A stretch of 64,000 bases of DNA from Acidobacteriota bacterium. Lineage in GTDB: Bacteria; Acidobacteriota; Terriglobia; Acidiferrales; UBA7541. Positions 63,385-64,000 of this stretch are shown in pieces. The notes under the pieces were generated by a model. That model was not told the DNA's origin. It did not search any database and saw only the letters and a program-made list of their open reading frames with translations. The stretch's first letter is position 1, and every line of letters starts with the position of its first letter. The DNA is taken from contig JABDGF010000002.1 of NCBI GenBank assembly GCA_013286165.1, positions 30,501-94,500 on the forward strand. Reading direction: 5' to 3'. Both the position numbers and the translations under genes were made by a program.

Positions 63385-64000
63385 GCCTTCGCCGCGTCAG
63401 CATCCACGTCCGTTTCCGAATCCGCCGCAGCGCCCGTTGCCTTGGCGCCGCCACCGCTTCCGCCATTGCCCGCAACAGAGTGATGATGCCCATTCGCGCC
63501 GTTGCCGCCATTCGCCAGCGCCTTCACCAAATATTTCCCCGTGTGCGACTGCGAATTCCGCGCCAGCTGCTCCGGCGTCCCGGCGCCCACCACTTTTCCG
63601 CCCGCGTCGCCACCCTCCGGCCCCATATCGATCATCCAGTCCGCCGACTTAATCACATCCAGGTTGTGCTCGATGATCAGCACTGAAGCGCCGCCCTCCA
63701 ACAATTTCCTGAATGACGTCAGCAGCTTCTGAATGTCGTCGAAGTGCAGCCCCGTCGTCGGCTCATCAAAAATGTAAAGGATGCCCGTGTTGTCCTGCCG
63801 CGTGAGATGCGCCGCCAGTTTCAAGCGTTGCGCTTCGCCGCCCGATAGCGTCGTGCCCGATTGCCCGAGCCGCAAATATCCGAGCCCCACTTCATCCAGC
63901 ACGCGCAACTTCGCCGTCACCTTCGGGTACGGGGCGAAAAACGTGAGCGCCTCGCGCACCGTCATCTGCAGCACGTCGTGAATGTTGTGTTCCTTGTACC
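63381..64000 (-). CDS. uvrA: Excinuclease ABC subunit A, C-terminal part (5' end outside window)
   Basis: The frame stays open to nt 64000 (..[21 protein letters not shown]). ABC signature [12 protein letters not shown], Walker [22 protein letters not shown]. An unusual ~50-aa Gly/Asn/His-rich C-terminal tail. Confidence 0.9.
   Translation of the reverse strand, partial: YKEHNIHDVLQMTVREALTFFAPYPKVTAKLRVLDEVGLGYLRLGQSGTTLSGGEAQRLKLAAHLTRQDNTGILYIFDEPTTGLHFDDIQKLLTSFRKLLEGGASVLIIEHNLDVIKSADWMIDMGPEGGDAGGKVVGAGTPEQLARNSQSHTGKYLVKALANGGNGANGHHHSVAGNGGSGGGAKATGAAADSETDVDADAAKA

Overview
GC-rich, gene-dense bacterial chromosome segment with about 55 protein genes on both strands. I recognised no rRNA, tRNA, CRISPR array, transposase or integrase. 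An ADOP-type duplicated FtsX permease and CGATTAGAAAT-type extragenic repeats suggest Acidobacteriota (inference only). Most genes are housekeeping or accessory metabolism: ohr, a GT2/methyltransferase/GT-C glycosylation cassette, a GH35-like hydrolase, iolB and iolD with a LacI regulator and APC permease, D-aminoacylase, DUF892, a TMEM175 channel, motAB next to a PAS/degenerate-GGDEF protein, a PurD-like ATP-grasp, hpt, deoC, a GAF-PP2C phosphatase, the mutM-xseB-ispA-tlyA-nadK block, CNNM/CorC, two Dpp/Opp-type permeases, a DUF62 SAM hydrolase, an M61 peptidase, cysteine desulfurase plus mnmA, uvrC and the 3' end of uvrA. The stand-out locus is 22.98-26.1 kb, running on into a 7-kb ORF that ends at 32.7 kb. 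It encodes a PqqD-like RRE, a radical SAM/SPASM enzyme, a 68-aa Cys/Ser/Thr-rich peptide ORF hidden inside a longer spurious ORF, an HPr-kinase-like P-loop protein, and a Ser/His signal-peptidase-like domain fused in frame to a giant DUF11-repeat/C25-peptidase surface protein. I read this as a candidate uncharacterised RiPP pathway. Other items worth a second look: four hairpins with unrelated stems but an identical CUGAGAG loop between ytxH and uvrC, a composite palindromic repeat island at 4.9-5.5 kb, and an Imm50-like ORF interrupted by an in-frame TAG. All family assignments rest on motif recognition by eye; no database search was run.
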